Shown: positions 61,065 through 64,000 of the stretch, one piece after another
Layout: every line of letters starts with the position of its first letter
How positions within the stretch are numbered: the stretch's first letter is position 1
Origin: Utricularia gibba
Lineage: Eukaryota > Plantae > Magnoliophyta
DNA: 64,000 nucleotides
Direction: 5' to 3'
Assembly: GCA_002189035.1 (NCBI GenBank)
Contig: NEEC01000016.1
Coordinates: forward strand, 558,001-622,000
Program-made: the position numbers and the translations under genes
Notes under the pieces: model-generated
Seen by the model: the letters and a program-made list of their open reading frames with translations, nothing else
Databases searched by the model: none
What the model was told of the DNA's origin: nothing

Positions 61065-61683
61065 TCTGTGAACCTCTGCTTCCCTTTGCTTAATCACTGT
61101 GCACCCTCTGGGGTCTGTATTGGAAGCCACCCTTGAGAGGAATGCCTACATCTTCTGGTTTCTACCAGGGTGAGTTTGTTCTGTGAACTTCTCTTTTCCT
61201 GTCCCTCGTATCATCATCATTCCACCTTCATCTTCTGTGAACCTCTGCTTCTCTTTGCTTAATCACTGTGCGCCCTCTGGGGTCTGTATTGGAAGCCACC
61301 CTTGAGAGGAATACATACATCTTCTTGTTCTTCTCTTTCCCTGTCCCACGTCTCATCATCATTCCCCATCCATCTTCTGTGAACCTCTGCTTCTCTTTGC
61401 TTAATTACTGTGCGCCCTCTGGAGTGTACTGGAAGCCACCCTTGAGAGGAATGCATACACCTTCTGGTTTCCTTACGAGGGTGAGTTTGTAAACTTCTCT
61501 TTTCCTGTCTCTCTTCTCACCATCGTCCCCCCTTCATCTTCTGTGAACCTCTGCTTCTCTTTGCTTAACCACTGTGCACCCTCTGGAGTCTGTATTGGAA
61601 GCCACACTTCACAGGAATACGTACATCTTCTGGTTTCTTGCTCTGTGATCTTCTCTTTTCCTGTCCCTGGTCTGATCACCATT
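61065..61683. repeat. Tandem array of four 142-169-bp units with a conserved core of about 95 bp
   Basis: TCTGTGAACCTCTGCTTC...GGAAGCCAC...GGAAT...TACA starts at 61065, 61234, 61376 and 61540. Unit lengths are not multiples of 3. Confidence 0.95.
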
Positions 61684-62013
61684 CATGCTAATGTAATTGT
61701 GTTCAAGTTGATCTCTTCAAGGGACAGACGGAGCTGCACTCACTGCCAATGGGGTTCTGCAAATAAAAGATGGACCAGTTTTTGAGAAATGTTTGTAGCT
61801 TTCGCAGTGACAAAACAGCCAGAATAGAGAATATGATGTGTCACAGAAGCCTCCTCTCACTGGGGAATGATAACCAAGTGAACTGAAGTGCAAACTTGTG
61901 ATGAAATAATGAAGCTACAGATTTGCTCATTACCAAATTCTCCTTCTGCATCCCCATAGGCATAACGAGATTAGAGTTTCAAGCAAGATTCAGCCATTTT
62001 GTGTCCTGTGGAG

Positions 62014-63402
62014 ATGGTGATGCGGATGGATTCCGGATTATCTGCATACTCCGGCCTGCTTACGAGCCCCGGAACGCCGGAACACGGCGAAAATGATCCC
62101 GGGACGAAGACTTGGAGTTCAGAACGAGTGCCATTTCCTGCAAGGAGACAGATCAGTGCTGCAGCATTGATCCCCTTAACAGTGGGAGAGCTTTGCCATC
62201 AAAATGGGACGATGCTGAGAGATGGATTACCAGTCCGATATCCGGCAACTGCCCCTCACTGGTTCATATGCAGCGACACCTCAAGTCCAAGAGCGGCCCT
62301 ATCAGGCCCACCGTTCCATATTCCTCAGTCTGCACGCCTGCACAAGACGGGAAAATCAGCTACTTGATCAGGAGTTCACCGGAAAACAGGGGTGAGCTAG
62401 TGCCTCATGATGGTTTATCTCCTGGAAATACTCCGGTATCAGAGGCATTTGGTGAAGATATTGCCATTTCTGGGAGTATTCCAAGTGCACTGGCGTTAGA
62501 AGATTTGAGTAGTGAGACTTCAGAGCCAGCTTCTACAGGTAAACAAATATTTGACAGAGTCCCTGTACATGTTTATTTTGCAAGTTCATGCCATGGAATC
62601 CTAAATGAAACATCCCAGATGGAAGAAATGGAACCTGGAGGGAAGAAGATGATATTTTCCTTCAAAGTAGGGATGCAGCAACTCAAATGAGTCCAGGTGG
62701 AAGCACACGATCATCGTCAAGGGGCCGGTTATCGTTCTCATTACCACCTTTTCTGGTTACCAGCCATGAAAACTCTGATGTCCGAGATGTTCAGGTGGAC
62801 AAAAGCACCACAAATCCAAGTAAAGGTGGTGTCCTTAAGATGATTAGAGCAAGCAAAAATGCAGAGCACTCGCCTTCAACGTGGAACAACAGCGAGACAT
62901 CAAAAAAGTTGTCCAAGTATGCAAATGACCACTACAGTATTAGCCAACACATAAAGAGTTTCTCCGAAATGAAGAACATTCTACATCTGATCCACTATAT
63001 GAAAATCTACATTGAGACAATGCTCAAATGTTCACATTTTGGTCAATCTGCAGGATAGAAAGAGAAGCAGCCAAGATCTCTGCTTGGGAGAAATTGCAGA
63101 AGGCAAAAGCTGATGCAGCACTACGCAAACTCGAGGTCTCAAGAAAAATTGTGTTCTGAAAGTTGATAAACCAACTCTATTTCATAACACAAATCATGCG
63201 TTTTTTACAGATGGAACTAGAGAAGAAGAGATCAGCTTCTATGGATAGGATAGCACACAGGCTCAGGCAGGCAGAAATTAAAGCCCAAGCCAAGAGAGAT
63301 ATGCTGTTTGGTGCAGCTCCAGCGACATCCCGTACCAAATTTTTTGGCTGTCACTATTTTACCATATGTTTTCGCTCTAAAAATGGCTGCAAGAAAAGTT
63401 AG
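62014..63402 (+). CDS. Remorin with long N-terminal region; 1-nt frameshift near 62172-62177
   Basis: WSSERVP; SGRALPSKWDDAERWITSP; SRDAATQMSP; Remorin_C IEREAAKISAWEKLQKAKADAALRKLEMELEKKRSASMDRI. In-frame intron 62539-62618. Confidence 0.9.
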
Positions 63403-64000
63403 TTTCTAAGTCAGAAGCCATATACAATGCAATGATGTACCATCCCTTGTGGGATCACAGAGTCGAATGCTTCCATTAACATTTTATGATCCAACAAATA
63501 TAAGAAGACTCCATTATAAAGCAGTGTAAACAACCATGAGAAGTGCTGGGTGGAGCTTTTTATGCTTGTCATCAATTCCATAAACTAAAAACACACCAAA
63601 CTGCACCTACAACCTCTTTCCATGAACTTATAATCTTTACCAAGGACATCATACCTACTCTAGTTTCTTCTCCTTCCTCTCAAACACAAGAAACATCCTT
63701 ATAGCATAAAAAGACAGCATTGTATTGAATAGGTTATGCTGCACAGCATATCAAATTTAAATTCTTCTGCCTCAAAAATAAATCCTCTGACGCAGGAAAA
63801 CAAAAACTCCTAGCAGAAATTAAGTAATGCCATGAAAATTTCTTCACGTAGAAGAAACCATGCACGAAGTTAGTCCATTTCCTGCCCAAAGTATTTGAAT
63901 CAACTCCACATCGGAGTTTATGAAGTATGAGCGCGGGAACACAACGATACACCCTTTGATCCCATATCTAGTACCGATGAGGGCCAAACTAATGCGCGCC

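Noticed and set aside
61030-61575. U12-type intron signals (ATATCCCT donor-like, CTTAAC branch-like)
   Set aside because: Imperfect matches, no flanking CDS, and the motifs recur only because of the repeat.
61065-61683. CRISPR-like repeat/spacer reading of the array
   Set aside because: Eukaryotic context, a 95-bp core that is too long, spacers homologous to each other, and no cas genes.
16389-62177. Programmed ribosomal frameshifting as the explanation for broken genes
   Set aside because: No slippery heptamers or downstream pseudoknots, unrelated housekeeping genes are affected, and the homopolymer deletion pattern fits sequencing error.
62640-62690. Second apparent remorin frameshift
   Set aside because: Resolved by an in-frame intron at 62539-62618.
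1-64000. tRNA, rRNA, retrotransposon or autonomous transposase genes
   Set aside because: No cloverleaf/A-B box, rRNA tract, LTR pair, RT/integrase or DDE coding sequence recognised.

Overview
Eukaryotic, not prokaryotic: a gene-dense stretch of a compact eudicot nuclear genome with short GT-AG introns (often 65-150 nt) and AT-rich spacers between genes. Compactness suggests Lentibulariaceae (Utricularia/Genlisea-like), but that is inference only. About 17 recognisable protein genes, in order: MED26/TFIIS-N protein (partial), TMCO4/DUF726, RTE1-homolog, DIM1B rRNA dimethylase, CYP90C1/ROT3, CLPTM1, PHD-finger (MMD1/At1g33420 type), a MOCOS-like PLP-fold protein, TIC20-I, ATG101, LBD36, TMEM131-like, NodH-like sulfotransferase-fold protein, MAKR-like, a giant PRRC2/BAT2-N-like protein, an E-class PLS PPR and a remorin. 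Also present: an isolated AAA-ATPase N-terminal fragment, a 1.26-kb non-autonomous Mutator-like element with an exact 10-bp TSD upstream of LBD36, two tandem arrays, a putative spliced non-coding transcript and two unexplained loci. Eight conserved reading frames are broken by a single missing base in a short run, most likely long-read assembly error. I found no clear-cut novel system. The best leads are the MULE, the 61-kb array, the presequence-less DIM1B, the AAA fragment and the unexplained loci. All family assignments are from recalled motifs, not database searches.
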